A stretch of DNA of 64,000 bases, taken from assembly GCA_965204735.1 (NCBI GenBank), contig OZ242008.1, positions 2,560,001-2,624,000 on the forward strand. Direction: 5' to 3'. The notes below the pieces were generated by a model. The model was not told where the DNA came from and did not search any database. It saw nothing but the letters and a program-made list of their open reading frames with translations. The DNA is from Longimicrobiales bacterium. Lineage in GTDB: Bacteria > Gemmatimonadota > Gemmatimonadetes > Longimicrobiales > Gaopeijiaceae. Position numbers and translations under genes: made by a program. Shown in pieces: positions 48,628 through 59,356 of this stretch. The first letter of the stretch is position 1. Each line of letters opens with the position of its first letter.

Positions 48628-50547
48628 TCAACCGGAGAGCGGTCGACCAATGGATTCCGGCAGCTTCCGAGCCACCCGCCGGCCTCCGGCCGCCCGGGTG
48701 GTGAGGCCCGTGGCGTCGAAGTACGCCAGGACCGGGATCAGGTGCTTGCGCGTCGCCGGCAGGACTTCTCGGAAGTCGGCGGGGCCCAGCCCTTCTCTTC
48801 CCCCCAGCTCTCCCGCGACCCGGACGGCCGCTTCGGCCAGCGTCTCCGTCGCGACCCAGTAGGAGTCGCCCAGCAGGCGCGCCCGACCCTTGGCGGCCAG
48901 GAAGTCGAGCACCGCGGCCGTCCTGGGGTGGTCGGCCGCGTGGGCGGCCGCTTCCGCCGTGGTGGGGCCCTGCAGGCCCGCCTCGCGCAGAAGCGCGGTC
49001 AAGCGCTCCGCCAGCGCGGCTTCGTCCGGGGAGAGGACGGGCTCGAAGCCGGGCAGGCGGGCGGTTCCTCCCGACACGACCAGACGCCCGGCGGCGGCAA
49101 GGCGGGCTGCCAGGCCGTCGGCGAGCCTGGGGCGGCTTCGCGGGGGAAGGGCTTGGCGGAGAACGTCGAGGGGCGCGCCGGCCTCCAGCGAGCGGCGGCG
49201 GTGGTGGTCGGCGGCCGCCGCCACGATGCGGGACTCCCCGTCGGCGACGATCTCGGGGGCGAAGAGGGCGCCGTCCCACGACCAAGCCGCGGAGTCCGGG
49301 TCGGAAGACGGGCCGCGGGTGGGGCCGGCGAGCATCCCCAGGTCGCTCTCGTCCACTCCGCTCCAGCCTGCCAGGACCGCGGCGCCGTCGACCGCCTCTT
49401 GGCCTCCCCGGGCCAGCCGGCTCAGCGCGAGCCGCTCCTGGTCCGCCAGCCGCTTGCGCTTGGGGGGCGCTGGTTCCAGCACGACTCCGCCCGCGATGGT
49501 GGTGACGGGGGAGTAGGAACGGACCACGAGACGGTCTCCGCAGCGGGCCACGACCCGGCCTTCCAGGCGGAGCTGGGCGAAGGCGGCCGTCCCCGGCGGA
49601 ATCTGGTCGGCGCCGAAGAGCGCGACGCGGGCCATCACCTCGATCGTGCCCAGGTGGACGCGCACGCGCTGGCCGGCCTCGACGCGCCAGCCGGTGTCGG
49701 GCAGGCACGCCAGCTCGACGGTGAGCATCATCGACGGGCGCCAGCTGGGATCGGAGACGAGCACGTCGCCTCGGGCGATCATCCCCCGGCGCACGGAGGC
49801 CCCCGTGAGGGCGACGGCGGTGCGCTGGCCGGCCACGGCGGCCTCCACCTGCTCTCCATGAACCTGAAGGGCTCGGACTCGCGCTCGGCCTTCGCCCGGA
49901 AGGATGCGCACGGCGCCGCCACGGGTCAGCGAGCCGGACCAGAGGGTGCCCGTTGCGACGGTGCCGGCGCCTTCCACGGCGAAGACCCGGTCCACGGGCA
50001 GCCGGAAGAGGTCGTCCTCGTCGCGACGCCGGGCCCGACCTCCGCAGTGGACCAGAGCCTGGGCAAGCGCCGGAAGCCCGTCGCCCGTCGCGACCGACGT
50101 CGGCACGACCTTCGCGTCGCGGTACGACGTGCCCGCAAGGAGGTCGGCCATGTCTTCCCGCACCAGCTCCAGCCACTCGGCGTCCACAAGGTCCGCCTTG
50201 GTAAGGGCCACGACGATCTCCGCGACCCCCAGCAGCCGGACGATGGCCAGGTGCTCTCGGGTCTGGGGCATGACGCCCTCGTCGGCCGCCACTGCAAGAA
50301 GGACCACGTCCATTCCCGTCGCGCCGGCGACCATCGTCTTCACGAAGCCCTCGTGGCCCGGCACGTCCACGACGCCGAAGGCGACGCCCTCGACGGGCGC
50401 GTAGCGGGCGAACCCGAGCTCGATCGTGATTCCCCGCTGCTTCTCCTCGGCCAGCCGGTCGGTGTCCACGCCGGTGAGGGCGCGCACGAGGGCGGTCTTG
50501 CCGTGGTCGATGTGACCGGCGGTGCCGAGGACGAGACTACGGCCCAT
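48628..50547 (-). CDS. selB: Selenocysteine-specific translation elongation factor
   Basis: [39 protein letters not shown], and winged-helix C-terminus [13 protein letters not shown]. Confidence 0.95.
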   Translation of the reverse strand: MGRSLVLGTAGHIDHGKTALVRALTGVDTDRLAEEKQRGITIELGFARYAPVEGVAFGVVDVPGHEGFVKTMVAGATGMDVVLLAVAADEGVMPQTREHLAIVRLLGVAEIVVALTKADLVDAEWLELVREDMADLLAGTSYRDAKVVPTSVATGDGLPALAQALVHCGGRARRRDEDDLFRLPVDRVFAVEGAGTVATGTLWSGSLTRGGAVRILPGEGRARVRALQVHGEQVEAAVAGQRTAVALTGASVRRGMIARGDVLVSDPSWRPSMMLTVELACLPDTGWRVEAGQRVRVHLGTIEVMARVALFGADQIPPGTAAFAQLRLEGRVVARCGDRLVVRSYSPVTTIAGGVVLEPAPPKRKRLADQERLALSRLARGGQEAVDGAAVLAGWSGVDESDLGMLAGPTRGPSSDPDSAAWSWDGALFAPEIVADGESRIVAAAADHHRRRSLEAGAPLDVLRQALPPRSRPRLADGLAARLAAAGRLVVSGGTARLPGFEPVLSPDEAALAERLTALLREAGLQGPTTAEAAAHAADHPRTAAVLDFLAAKGRARLLGDSYWVATETLAEAAVRVAGELGGREGLGPADFREVLPATRKHLIPVLAYFDATGLTTRAAGGRRVARKLPESIGRPLSG

Positions 50548-51499
50548 CGGGGGCGCGGCGGTCCGCGGGACGACGGCGGTCGAAGGGGCGACGGTGGGCG
50601 GGCGAGGAGCGGCCGGCGGGCGGGGGGCGTTCGGCAGGCGCGGCAGGGCCGGAAGGGCGCAGGAAGCGGAAGGAGTCCGGGCGGCGTCCCTCCAGCAGGT
50701 GGCGGGTCACGAAGTCGTCGAGAAGGGCCAGGTGGGCGGGGGCGACGGGAAGGGGGGGCGCAGCGTCGCGCGGCGGAGGGCTGTCGAGCCGCGTCCCGGC
50801 CGGGCGTCCGGAGGGGGGCGCGGCGTCGCGCGGCGGAGGGGCCGAGGCACCGGAGGAAGGAGCCGTCGGCGGGCAGGCGTCCCCCTTCAGAAAGCAGGCG
50901 ATCTGGGCGCGGGCGCCGGGGCCGATCCGACGAGAGCCGCCGGGGGCGTCGCACGCCGAGCAGCGGACGCCGCCGGCGTCCAGGTCGAAGCGTGCCATCT
51001 CGTCGCCGTCCAGGGTGCGGCCGCAGCCGGTGCAGGCCGCCAGCTCCGGACCGAATCCGAAGAGGTGGACGATCGACCAGCCGAGGGCCAGGACTTCCGT
51101 CGCGAGGGCGGCGGACGGCGCGCGCTCCAGGCGGTCCAAGCCCCGGGACAGCAGGTCGTACAGTCCCGCGTGGGGCTCCTGGCCCGCGTGGCGAAGCACC
51201 AGCTCCGCCGCAAGAGAGGCACCTGCCAACCGTTGAAGGTCGGCGGCGAGACCGATGCGGGCGCTTCGCGGGGTGAACTCGCGCAGGGACTGAAGCTCGC
51301 GGCTTTCTCGCACAAGGATCACCGCAACGCCTTCGCCGAAGGTGCCGGGGGCGCCCCTGCCCTTCGACGCCCCGCGGCGGACGCCCCGAGCCATGACGCT
51401 CACCAGCCCCAGGACTCGGGTGTAGAAGCGCAGGACCCGACTGCTCTCCGAGTAGGGATGGGAGCGGAGGAGGATGGCGCGGGTCGTCACCGGAGACAC
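50537..51499 (-). CDS. recO: DNA repair protein RecO
   Basis: AILLRSHPYSESSRVLRFYT..G...VMARGVRR; zinc finger CTGC...CSAC; Pro-rich insertion near the C-terminus. Confidence 0.9.
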   Translation of the reverse strand: MSPVTTRAILLRSHPYSESSRVLRFYTRVLGLVSVMARGVRRGASKGRGAPGTFGEGVAVILVRESRELQSLREFTPRSARIGLAADLQRLAGASLAAELVLRHAGQEPHAGLYDLLSRGLDRLERAPSAALATEVLALGWSIVHLFGFGPELAACTGCGRTLDGDEMARFDLDAGGVRCSACDAPGGSRRIGPGARAQIACFLKGDACPPTAPSSGASAPPPRDAAPPSGRPAGTRLDSPPPRDAAPPLPVAPAHLALLDDFVTRHLLEGRRPDSFRFLRPSGPAAPAERPPPAGRSSPAHRRPFDRRRPADRRAPDGP

Positions 51500-51585
51500 G
51501 AAGCGGGCTCCCCAGGCCTGCCGTCTCCGCGACCGAACCGCGGGTCGGCTGCACGGGCCTTCGCCGGAGACACGGAGCGGGCGCC

Positions 51586-52692
51586 TCAGCTCCCGAGCCT
51601 GCGCAGGATCTGCTCTCGCCGGCGCACGTGCTCCTCTGGGCCGACCTTGCCGGCACTCGCCGCCTCGTCCAGCTCGGCGACCTCCACGAGGCTCTGCCGC
51701 CGGGCCGCTTCCGCGGGGAGCCCGCGGGGGGAGTGCAGGCGGGATGCGACGAAGGCGCCTGCGACGGCCAGGACCATCGCCAGGGCGGCGGCCAGGACGG
51801 GGATCGGCGAGCTCGGCTCCGAAGCCGCCGCGCCACGGCGCACCACCACGGTGGCCGGCGCCATCTCCCGCCCCGCGAAGCGGCGGTAGGTGGCGCCCTC
51901 CAGCTCGACGGGTTCGGCCGCCGCCAACCCCTGCACCGACAGCTCGCCCGCAGGCTCGCGGATCAGAAGCTCCATGGAAGCCGTGGGGCCTTCCAGGGGG
52001 ATGCGCAGCACGTCGCCGGGAACCCGGTAGCGGAAGAGGTAGACGCTCTCGCCGGGACGCAACGCGGCCGACGTGCTGACCCTGCCGGCGGAGAAGCTGG
52101 CCGCGTCCGGTGAGAGGTCGCTCTCGCCCACGGTGAACTCGACGGCGCCCGGAGGCAGCGGGTAGGACCAAGTGGCGCCCGACGGTCCGGTCACCAGAGT
52201 CGCGTCGCCGGCGTTTCGCACTTCGAAGAGGTCGAGGGCCCGCCAGCCGGGCCCCGCCTCGGCGCGCTCCAGAAAGAGGTTCCTGACCCGCACCGGCGGC
52301 GGCGCGTCTCCGGCTTCGGCGGCCGGATACGCCTGGACGACGTAGGCCGATCCCGGCTCGGGCGGTTCGGTGATGGCCGGGCCGAAGTACACCACGTCGT
52401 CCCAGCGGGCGGAAGCGAAGTACACGTCGCCCCCGCCCAGCGCCGGCGCCTCGGGAACGCGAAGCTCGAACGCCCCGCCGGGGCCGACCGCGGCGCTGTC
52501 CACCTCGCCCGTGAAGAACGCCGAGACCCGGTGGAGGACTACGCTGCCGCCGACGGCTGGCTCGTCGCCGACTTGAAGTCGGCCCTGAAGGACGAAGCCA
52601 CCGGCCGGTTGGTCCGCGCGACTCACTCCAGGCGGCGCCTGCTCGGCGGCTTGGGAGCCTGCGGCGCTCGCGTGCACGCCCGGGACCGCCAC
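51586..52692 (-). CDS. Hypothetical exported protein with C-terminal TM segment
   Basis: 368-aa ORF; the frame stays open upstream to a CTG at 52854 and there contains signal-like TALAAAFLVAVPGVHA; TM segment PVLAAALAMVLAVAGAFVA. Confidence 0.65.
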   Translation of the reverse strand: MAVPGVHASAAGSQAAEQAPPGVSRADQPAGGFVLQGRLQVGDEPAVGGSVVLHRVSAFFTGEVDSAAVGPGGAFELRVPEAPALGGGDVYFASARWDDVVYFGPAITEPPEPGSAYVVQAYPAAEAGDAPPPVRVRNLFLERAEAGPGWRALDLFEVRNAGDATLVTGPSGATWSYPLPPGAVEFTVGESDLSPDAASFSAGRVSTSAALRPGESVYLFRYRVPGDVLRIPLEGPTASMELLIREPAGELSVQGLAAAEPVELEGATYRRFAGREMAPATVVVRRGAAASEPSSPIPVLAAALAMVLAVAGAFVASRLHSPRGLPAEAARRQSLVEVAELDEAASAGKVGPEEHVRRREQILRRLGS

Positions 52693-52850
52693 GAGGAAGG
52701 CGGCCGCAAGGGCGGTTGGGCGGGCCGCAGCGACAAAGGCGGTCGCAGGAGCTGGGCGGGTCGCCCGAGGGGAAGGCGCGGCGGGCGGCGTTCCGGCCGC
52801 CTCCAGCTGCTTGGGCGACCGGCGACGCCCGCTTCGGGGACGGCTCCGGC

Positions 52851-53357
52851 TCAGCGGTCGAAGCGGCCCAAGTCCTCGGGGCGCATCTTGCGCAGGTGTT
52901 CCTCGAGGGCCTCGCCGCTCATTCGGCGATCTTCCTCTTCGGCTTCCTCTCCTTCCCCTTCCGACTCGGCGGGCACGGTCACGAGGAGGGAGTCGTCAGC
53001 GAAGATCTGCGCCTTCGCCCGCAACGCCAGGGCGATCGAGTCGGACGGCCGGGCGTCGATGGAAACCAAGTCGCCGTTCTTGGCGATGATCAGCTCGGCG
53101 AAGTAGGTGCTGTCCTCCACTCGCGTGATCAGCACCCTTTGCAGGGCGCAGTCCAGCCCCGCCATGATCGAGGCGAAGAGGTCGTGGGTGAGGGGCCGGT
53201 GGAGCTCCACGCCGCCCATCTTCATGGCGATGGCGTTCGCCTCGCTCTGGCCGATCCATATCGGCAGCACCCGGTCGCCGTCGGTCTCCTTGAGGACGAC
53301 CACCGGCGTGCTGGACCTTCGGTCGTACTTGACGCTCTGCACCCTGACTTCGGTCAC
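52851..53357 (-). CDS. Bifunctional nuclease family protein (DUF151)
   Basis: PVVVLKE...LPIWIGQSEANAI...RPLTHDL...IDARPSDSIALALR. GTG at 53357. Confidence 0.92.
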   Translation of the reverse strand: MTEVRVQSVKYDRRSSTPVVVLKETDGDRVLPIWIGQSEANAIAMKMGGVELHRPLTHDLFASIMAGLDCALQRVLITRVEDSTYFAELIIAKNGDLVSIDARPSDSIALALRAKAQIFADDSLLVTVPAESEGEGEEAEEEDRRMSGEALEEHLRKMRPEDLGRFDR

Positions 53358-53398
53358 TGGTCCTCCATCCGCCGTGGCTCCTGGTCCCCCGTGGCTCC

Positions 53399-54589
53399 CT
53401 AAAGGTTGAGCGCGCTCTTCAGCTCGTCCACCCGGTCGGTGCGCTCCCAGGAAAAGTACTGGACCCGGCGGCCGGCCACGTCGGCCGTCTCGGGCTCCCG
53501 GCCGAAGTGGCCGAAGACGGCAGTGGGGCGGAAGATCGGATCCGTCAACCCCAGCGCGCAGGCGATGCTCCGGGGACGGAAGTCGAACACAGCCTTCACC
53601 GCGCAGGAGAGTTCCGTGTCGGGGCAGCTTCCGGTGCCGAAGGAGTCCACGTGGACCTGCACCGGCTTCTCCACGCCGATGGCGTAGGCCAGCTGCACCT
53701 CGCAGCGGCGCGCGGCCCCGGCGGCGACCAGGTTCTTGGCGGCCCAGCGGGCGGCGTAGGCGCCGGAGCGGTCGACCTTGGTGGCGTCCTTTCCGGAGAA
53801 GGCGCCGCCGCCGTGGCGTCCCATGCCGCCGTAGGTGTCCACGATGATCTTGCGTCCGGTGAGGCCGGCGTCGGCGTGGGGGCCGCCGACGACGAAGCTG
53901 CCGGCGGGGTTGATGTGGTACTCGACCTTCGGGTGCATGAACCCGGCCGGGATCACCCGATCGACGACCTGCCGCTTGATCGCTTCCTCGATCCGTTCCC
54001 TGGGCACGCCGTTGTCGTGCTGGGCGCTGACCACGATCGTTACGGCCCGCTGGGGCCGCAGCTCGTCGTCGTACTCGAAGGTGACTTGCGCCTTGCCGTC
54101 GGGCCGCAGCCAGGGAAGATCGCCGGACCGACGTGCCTCGGAGAGCCGCTGGACCAGCTTGTGGGCGTAGGTGATCGGCGCCGGCATGCGTTCGGGCGTG
54201 TCGTCGCAGGCGTAGCCGAACATCATGCCCTGGTCGCCGGCGCCGCCCTTGTCCACGCCCTCGCCGATCTCGCGGGACTGGCTGCCCAGGACGGAGAGCA
54301 CCGCGCAGGTGTCGCCGTCCAGCCCGTAGGCCGGGCAGTCGTACCCTGCTCGCAGGATCGTGTGGCGCGCGATCTCCGTCACGTCCACATGGGCGCTGGT
54401 GGTGATCTCGCCCGCCACCAGGGCCATGCCCTTGGCGAGGACGGTTTCGCAGGCGACCCGGCCCTGCGGGTCCTTGGCGAGGATCGCGTCGAGCACGGCG
54501 TCGGATATCTGGTCGGCCAGCTTGTCCGGGTGGCCTTCGGTCACGGACTCGGAGGTGAAGAGGCGCTGGGGCGAAGAGGCAGGCGTCAT
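53399..54589 (-). CDS. metK: S-adenosylmethionine synthetase
   Basis: [42 protein letters not shown]. Confidence 0.98.
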   Translation of the reverse strand: MTPASSPQRLFTSESVTEGHPDKLADQISDAVLDAILAKDPQGRVACETVLAKGMALVAGEITTSAHVDVTEIARHTILRAGYDCPAYGLDGDTCAVLSVLGSQSREIGEGVDKGGAGDQGMMFGYACDDTPERMPAPITYAHKLVQRLSEARRSGDLPWLRPDGKAQVTFEYDDELRPQRAVTIVVSAQHDNGVPRERIEEAIKRQVVDRVIPAGFMHPKVEYHINPAGSFVVGGPHADAGLTGRKIIVDTYGGMGRHGGGAFSGKDATKVDRSGAYAARWAAKNLVAAGAARRCEVQLAYAIGVEKPVQVHVDSFGTGSCPDTELSCAVKAVFDFRPRSIACALGLTDPIFRPTAVFGHFGREPETADVAGRRVQYFSWERTDRVDELKSALNL

Positions 54590-54686
54590 GTGAGGCGGGG
54601 AATGGTTGGCGTGTTGCGCGGCCGGGCCGGCGCGGCCGGGGAGGCACGGAGCGCCGAGCGGTCGTCGGGAGGCGTGCCGGGCGCCG

Positions 54687-56471
54687 TCAAGGGCCCGGGG
54701 CGAAGGGGCGGTACTCCGGCGCCGCCATGAGGACTTGGGTCAGGGCGGACTCGGCGGCGGCGCGGCTGGGAGCGCTTCGGACCTGGAGCGCCGCCTGCTT
54801 GGCGTCGGAGAGGCGGAGACCCTGCACCAACTTCTTGATCTCCGGCAGCGAGGGCCAGGCGACCGAAAGCACCGGAACGCCGAGTCCCAGCAGGAGGACG
54901 GCCCCCAGCGGGCTCGCCGCCATCTCGCCGCAGGCGGCCACTTCGATCTCGGCGGAGCGGGCCGCGTGGACCACGGCCGAGACTTGATGGACCACGGCCG
55001 GGTGGAAGGGATCGAAGAGGCCGGAGAGGCGGGCGCTGTTCCGGTCCACCGCCAGGGTGTACTGGATCAGGTCGTTGGTGCCCAGGGAGAAGAAGTCCAC
55101 GTGAGGCGCCAGCCGGGCGGCGTTCAGGGCCGACGCCGGCGTCTCCACGGCGATCCCCAGCTTGACCGACGAGGCGAACGTCGCGCCCGCCTCCCGCAGG
55201 CGGGCGGCGGCGCTCTCCAACAGCTCCCGCACCGCTTCCACCTCGCCGGAGGTGTTGACCACGGGCAGCATGATGCGCAGGTCGCCGTGAGAGCCGGCCC
55301 GCAGGAGGGCGCGCAGCTGAGTGGCGAAGATCTCGGGTTCGTCCAGGCAGATGCGGACGCCTCGCCGCCCCAGGAAGGGGTTCTTCTCGGCGGGCATCCG
55401 GAGGAAGAGGGGGAACTTGTCGCCGCCCAGGTCGAAGGTTCGTATGACGACGGGGTGGTCCGGGAAGGCCTCGACCGCGGTTCGGTACGCGCGATACTGC
55501 TCGTCTTCGGCGGGGACCGTGCTGCGCCCGACGGCCAGGAACTCGGTGCGGAAGAGGCCGACGCCCTCGGCGCCGTGTTCCCGGGCGGCGGCAGCTTCGC
55601 CCGGAAGGTCCAGGTTGGCCCGGAGGACGATCCGCTTCCCGTCCAGCGTGGCCGACTCCTGGCGGACCAGCGCCGCGATCTCCCTTCCGAGGCCGGCGAG
55701 GGCGGAGCGTCGGCGCTCGAAGCGGCGCTTCTCCGCCGGGCCCGGCGAGGCCACGACTTGGCCCCCGCGGCCGTCCACGACGACCTCGACGCCGTCCCGG
55801 ACCTTGTCGCACACGCCCGCCAGCCCGGCGACGGCCGGAATCCGCAGCGCGCGGGCCAGGATCGCCCAATGGGCCGCCCGGGTCCCCTCTTCAGTGACCA
55901 CGGCCGCCACCCGGGCGGGGTCGAGGCGCGCGGCGAAGCTGGGGGTCAGGTCCGGGGCCACCACCACGACGCCCGCGGCGCCGCCCAGGTCCCACGGGTC
56001 CGGCAGCCTCATGAGGCGGCCCAGCACGCGCAGCTTCAGGTCCTCCAGGTCGTTGAGCCGGTCCAGCACCATGGGGTGGGAAGTACGGGCCCACCGTTCC
56101 TTGAGCTCCAGCATTCGCCAGTCGAAGGCGCGAGCCGCGGTCAGGCGGTTCTCGGCGATGTAGCGGCGGGTGCCGTCGACCACCTGGGGGTCGTCGAGCA
56201 TGAGGATCTGCGGGTCGAAGATGCGCGCTTCGACGGCGCCCAGGCGGGCCTCCGTGTCGGCCTTGGTTTCCAGCAGGCGACGCTTCGCCCACTCCAGGGC
56301 TTCGCGGAAGCGCTCCATCTCCCGGTCGCGTCCAGCGGGGCCGACCACCTCGTGAGGCGCTTGGGGCACTTCCCAGCGCACATGGCGAGCCCGGCCCACG
56401 GCGATTCCCTCGGAGATCGCCAGCCCCTCCAGCACCACGGGGCTAGGCCCGGCGGGGCCGTTCCTACTCAC
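54687..56471 (-). CDS. ptsI: Phosphoenolpyruvate-protein phosphotransferase (PTS enzyme I)
   Basis: Phospho-His region [55 protein letters not shown]. Confidence 0.95.
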   Translation of the reverse strand: MSRNGPAGPSPVVLEGLAISEGIAVGRARHVRWEVPQAPHEVVGPAGRDREMERFREALEWAKRRLLETKADTEARLGAVEARIFDPQILMLDDPQVVDGTRRYIAENRLTAARAFDWRMLELKERWARTSHPMVLDRLNDLEDLKLRVLGRLMRLPDPWDLGGAAGVVVVAPDLTPSFAARLDPARVAAVVTEEGTRAAHWAILARALRIPAVAGLAGVCDKVRDGVEVVVDGRGGQVVASPGPAEKRRFERRRSALAGLGREIAALVRQESATLDGKRIVLRANLDLPGEAAAAREHGAEGVGLFRTEFLAVGRSTVPAEDEQYRAYRTAVEAFPDHPVVIRTFDLGGDKFPLFLRMPAEKNPFLGRRGVRICLDEPEIFATQLRALLRAGSHGDLRIMLPVVNTSGEVEAVRELLESAAARLREAGATFASSVKLGIAVETPASALNAARLAPHVDFFSLGTNDLIQYTLAVDRNSARLSGLFDPFHPAVVHQVSAVVHAARSAEIEVAACGEMAASPLGAVLLLGLGVPVLSVAWPSLPEIKKLVQGLRLSDAKQAALQVRSAPSRAAAESALTQVLMAAPEYRPFAPGP

Positions 56472-56730
56472 CGAAGCCGTCCCTCACCAGCCCGGCGAGA
56501 GCCTCCGAGGCGGAAGCGGCGTCCTCTCCGTCGGCGGCGATCTCCAGCACGCTCCCCTGCTCCGCTGCCAGCATGAGCACGCCCATGATGCTCTTGCCGT
56601 TCACGGTCACGTCTCCCTTCGTGACCCGAATCGACGAGCGGAAGCGGCCGGCCAGCTTCACGAACGCGGCCGCGGGGCGCGCGTGCATCCCGAGGAGGTT
56701 GGGAACCCTGGCCTTCAGCGTGCATGTCAC
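56464..56730 (-). CDS. ptsH: Phosphocarrier protein HPr
   Basis: GMHARPAA (His15) and NGKSIMGVL (Ser46). GTGA overlap with hprK. Confidence 0.95.
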   Translation of the reverse strand: MTCTLKARVPNLLGMHARPAAAFVKLAGRFRSSIRVTKGDVTVNGKSIMGVLMLAAEQGSVLEIAADGEDAASASEALAGLVRDGFGE

Positions 56731-57686
56731 TCGTAGTCCTCGATCAGCGAGGCCTGCGGGTTCGTCGCGCCACGCACGCGTTCGTCGAAGCGGAGCGGCA
56801 CGTCCACCCCGGAGTAGGCGAGGAGCTGGTTCATGGCCACCACTTCGCCGATCACGGTCAAGTTCTTGCCCGGGTTGACGGGGATCGTCAGGCGGGGAAG
56901 CTCGACGCCCAGGACCTCTTCCGACTCCCGATCCAGGCCGGTTCGGTCCCACGACCGGGTCTCGTCCCACGGCTGCAGGTCCACGATCACCTCCACCCTC
57001 TTCCGCTGGCGAACCGCCCGGGTTCCGAAGATCGACGCCACGTCCACGATCCCGAGCCCCCGAATCTCCATGTGGAACGCCTGAAGCTCGCTGCCCCTGC
57101 CCAGCAGCACGTCGGCGCCCCGGCGGGAGACGAACACCAGGTCGTCGGCGACCATGCGGTGGCCTCGTTCCAGGAGACCCAGGACGCACTCGGACTTGCC
57201 GATTCCGCTGGGGCCGGTGAAGAGGAGGCCGATCCCGTACACGTCGGCCAGGGAGCCGTGAATCGTCGTCGTGGGAGCGAGGACGTCCTCCAGGTAGGGC
57301 TTGAGGGCGCGGTAGAAGTCGCCGGTGGCCAGCCGGGTGCGGAAGACCGGCACCGACGCGCGCTCGGCGGCGGCGAGGAAGGTCGCGGGCACGTCCTGGC
57401 CCCGGGTCACGAAGGCGGCGGGCACGTGGTGGACGAACACCGCGTCCAGCCGCTCCCGCACTTCCGCGTCGTCCAGCGTGGACAGGTAGCTCATCTCGGT
57501 CTTGCCGTAGACCTGGGCGCGCCCTTCCGGGAAGCGGGCCGTGTACCCCGCCAGCGACAGACCGGGGCTCGACACGTCGGAGTCCTCGATGCGGCCCTCC
57601 AGCGGGACTCCGGGCGTCAGCAGCTCCATCTCCAGCGAAGCTTCCTTGGCTTCGAAGAGTTGCCGGACGGTGACCCGGGGAATCAC
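56727..57686 (-). CDS. hprK: HPr(Ser) kinase/phosphorylase
   Basis: PGLSLAGY, IHGSLADVYGIG, GPSGIGKSE, ADDLV, MEIRGLGI, PVNPGKNL. Confidence 0.95.
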   Translation of the reverse strand: MIPRVTVRQLFEAKEASLEMELLTPGVPLEGRIEDSDVSSPGLSLAGYTARFPEGRAQVYGKTEMSYLSTLDDAEVRERLDAVFVHHVPAAFVTRGQDVPATFLAAAERASVPVFRTRLATGDFYRALKPYLEDVLAPTTTIHGSLADVYGIGLLFTGPSGIGKSECVLGLLERGHRMVADDLVFVSRRGADVLLGRGSELQAFHMEIRGLGIVDVASIFGTRAVRQRKRVEVIVDLQPWDETRSWDRTGLDRESEEVLGVELPRLTIPVNPGKNLTVIGEVVAMNQLLAYSGVDVPLRFDERVRGATNPQASLIEDYE

Positions 57687-57691
57687 CGGGA

Positions 57692-58027
57692 TCAGCGGGA
57701 GACGTCCGGCCCCGTCAGCGGGCGGAAATCCTTGCGGCGCTTGCGGTCCCGGGCGAGGATCCGCTTGACGTGCTGGTCCAGCTCGTCCAGCGCGCCGCGG
57801 AAGTCCGGCCCCCGGCCCTTGGCCACCACGGGCTCGCGCCGGGGCCTGGAGACGATCGCCTCGGCGCAGCAGGAACGGCCCTCGGGCTGGAAGACGAAGT
57901 GGACGTCCATGACTGCCGGGTCGAAGCGGGGCCACCGCCGGGCAAGGTCCTCGGCCCGATCTCGGTCGGCTTGGGTGATCTCGCAGCCCTGAGCCGTAAT
58001 GCGCGTGGTCGGCGCGCGTGTCGTCAC
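57692..58027 (-). CDS. hpf: Ribosome hibernation factor HPF/RaiA family
   Basis: 111 aa, ITAQGCEIT...FRGALDELDQHVKR; AAAGGAG RBS; position upstream of hprK. Confidence 0.7.
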   Translation of the reverse strand: MTTRAPTTRITAQGCEITQADRDRAEDLARRWPRFDPAVMDVHFVFQPEGRSCCAEAIVSRPRREPVVAKGRGPDFRGALDELDQHVKRILARDRKRRKDFRPLTGPDVSR

Positions 58028-58063
58028 GGTCGCTTCTCCTTTGTTCGCGGTGGCGGCCCCCGG

Positions 58064-58078
58064 AATCTAGCTAGCTAG
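58064..58078 (-). promoter_or_regulatory. -10 box TAGATT upstream of hpf, overlapping a (CTAG)3 run
   Basis: The + strand reads ggaatctagctagctag; the same GGAATCTAG core occurs before hisS. Confidence 0.4.
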
Positions 58079-58129
58079 CCGCCTTTGGCCGGCGCTTGGG
58101 AAGCGACGGCTGGGCGTCGGCTCCGTCCA

Positions 58130-58459
58130 CTACCGCCCCTCCGCGTCGCTGCTGCCGGCCACGGCCAGGAACTCGTCGGCAGTGTCGCACTCCACGACCG
58201 CGTCCCCGACCCGCGCCAGCTGCTCGGCGCTCATGGAGCGCACCCGCGCCTCCAGCCGGCGCGCCGTCTGGGCCCCGAACCGCCGCGAAGCCAGACGCAG
58301 CAGCAAGACCGCTCGGCCCTCCGCACGCCCCTGCTCGAGCCCCCGTTCGAGCCCCTGTGCACGTCCTCGTTCGAGCCCCTGTTCACGTCCCCGCTCGAGA
58401 CCCTGCTCCAGGCCCCGCTGCCGGTGGCCCTCCGCCCACTCCGCATAGGTCTGGCCCAT
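58130..58459 (-). CDS. Putative internally initiated Rpn-S-like protein, 109 aa
   Basis: AAGGAGGAGAAAGAG precedes in-frame ATG 58459 (MGQTYAEW). Confidence 0.55.
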   Translation of the reverse strand: MGQTYAEWAEGHRQRGLEQGLERGREQGLERGRAQGLERGLEQGRAEGRAVLLLRLASRRFGAQTARRLEARVRSMSAEQLARVGDAVVECDTADEFLAVAGSSDAEGR

Positions 58460-59251
58460 CTCTTTCTCCTCCTTCGGTTGGATGATCTGCTCCACGATGT
58501 CCTGACGTGCCTCCTCCGGCACCCCCGCCACACGCAGCCGCTCGTCCGTCCAGTCCGCGAACGCCTGCCGCTCTGCAAGATAGTCCGGGCCGGCCCACTG
58601 CTCCGCCATGCTCTGGTGCACCGCCGGAAAGTTCGTCCACGGGTCCTCCTCCAGCGCCGCGACCCAGCCCAGCACGCTCTCCCTGGGAAGCAACCCTTGC
58701 GCCAGCGCCGACCGCAAGTCAAGCAGCCCGTAGCCGTGAGTGGTCGCCAAGCCGGCGACCGCCCGCGCCACAACCGGCGACGGCTTCTCCCTGGCGGCCA
58801 GCCCGGCCAACGTCGTCTCGGCCGTCCATGGCCGCGTGCCGGTGTAGACGACGAACGAGAGCACGAGGGGCATGGCGCCGTCGGGGTCGCGCTGGCGCTC
58901 GAGCGTGTGCAGCACCGTGTAGGCGGCCTCGGTGTAGCGCAGCGTCCTGAGGACCATGCCCGGATCGACCGAGGACTGGAACTCGAAGAGGAGGACCGCC
59001 GATCGACCGTCCTTGAACCGGACGCGCCAAGCGCAGTCGCAGAGCCGGCGCCGCAGGTCGGGGCCCACGGTCTCGGTGGGGAAGGGGTCGGCGGCCGGCA
59101 GGTCGAACTCGTCGGCCCAGCCCATGGCCGCGAGGTCGCGGACGAGGGCCACGCCGCCGCCCGTCGTGTTGAAGAGGCGCTTGTAGCTCTGGTCGTGGCG
59201 GCGGCGTTCGGGCTTGGGGAGATTGGGCGGTTTGCTGGTGGAGGGGTCCAT
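58130..59251 (-). CDS. Rpn/YhgA-like recombination-promoting nuclease, copy 2
   Basis: Near-identical to 8290..9339 but with 24 extra residues of G(L/R)E(Q/R)-type tetrapeptide repeats. Confidence 0.85.
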   Translation of the reverse strand: MDPSTSKPPNLPKPERRRHDQSYKRLFNTTGGGVALVRDLAAMGWADEFDLPAADPFPTETVGPDLRRRLCDCAWRVRFKDGRSAVLLFEFQSSVDPGMVLRTLRYTEAAYTVLHTLERQRDPDGAMPLVLSFVVYTGTRPWTAETTLAGLAAREKPSPVVARAVAGLATTHGYGLLDLRSALAQGLLPRESVLGWVAALEEDPWTNFPAVHQSMAEQWAGPDYLAERQAFADWTDERLRVAGVPEEARQDIVEQIIQPKEEKEMGQTYAEWAEGHRQRGLEQGLERGREQGLERGRAQGLERGLEQGRAEGRAVLLLRLASRRFGAQTARRLEARVRSMSAEQLARVGDAVVECDTADEFLAVAGSSDAEGR

Positions 59252-59356
59252 GGCGGCGGCTCCAGTGCGTCCGAGACGAGAGGCGCTTCGGAGGCGTCGC
59301 GGACGGAGTTCCCCCGAAGCTGGCCGGGACGGTCTCCGGCCCTGGTCCTCAGTGTC

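Noticed and set aside
54590..54686. SAM riboswitch upstream of metK
   Set aside because: Short GC-rich spacer with no recognisable SAM-I or SAM-II conserved motifs.
9385..58084. Claim that the segment between the inverted Rpn copies has already inverted
   Set aside because: Genes on both sides of copy 2 are co-directional (GT4 then hpf-hprK), consistent with simple insertion. The repeats could mediate inversion but the window gives no evidence of it.
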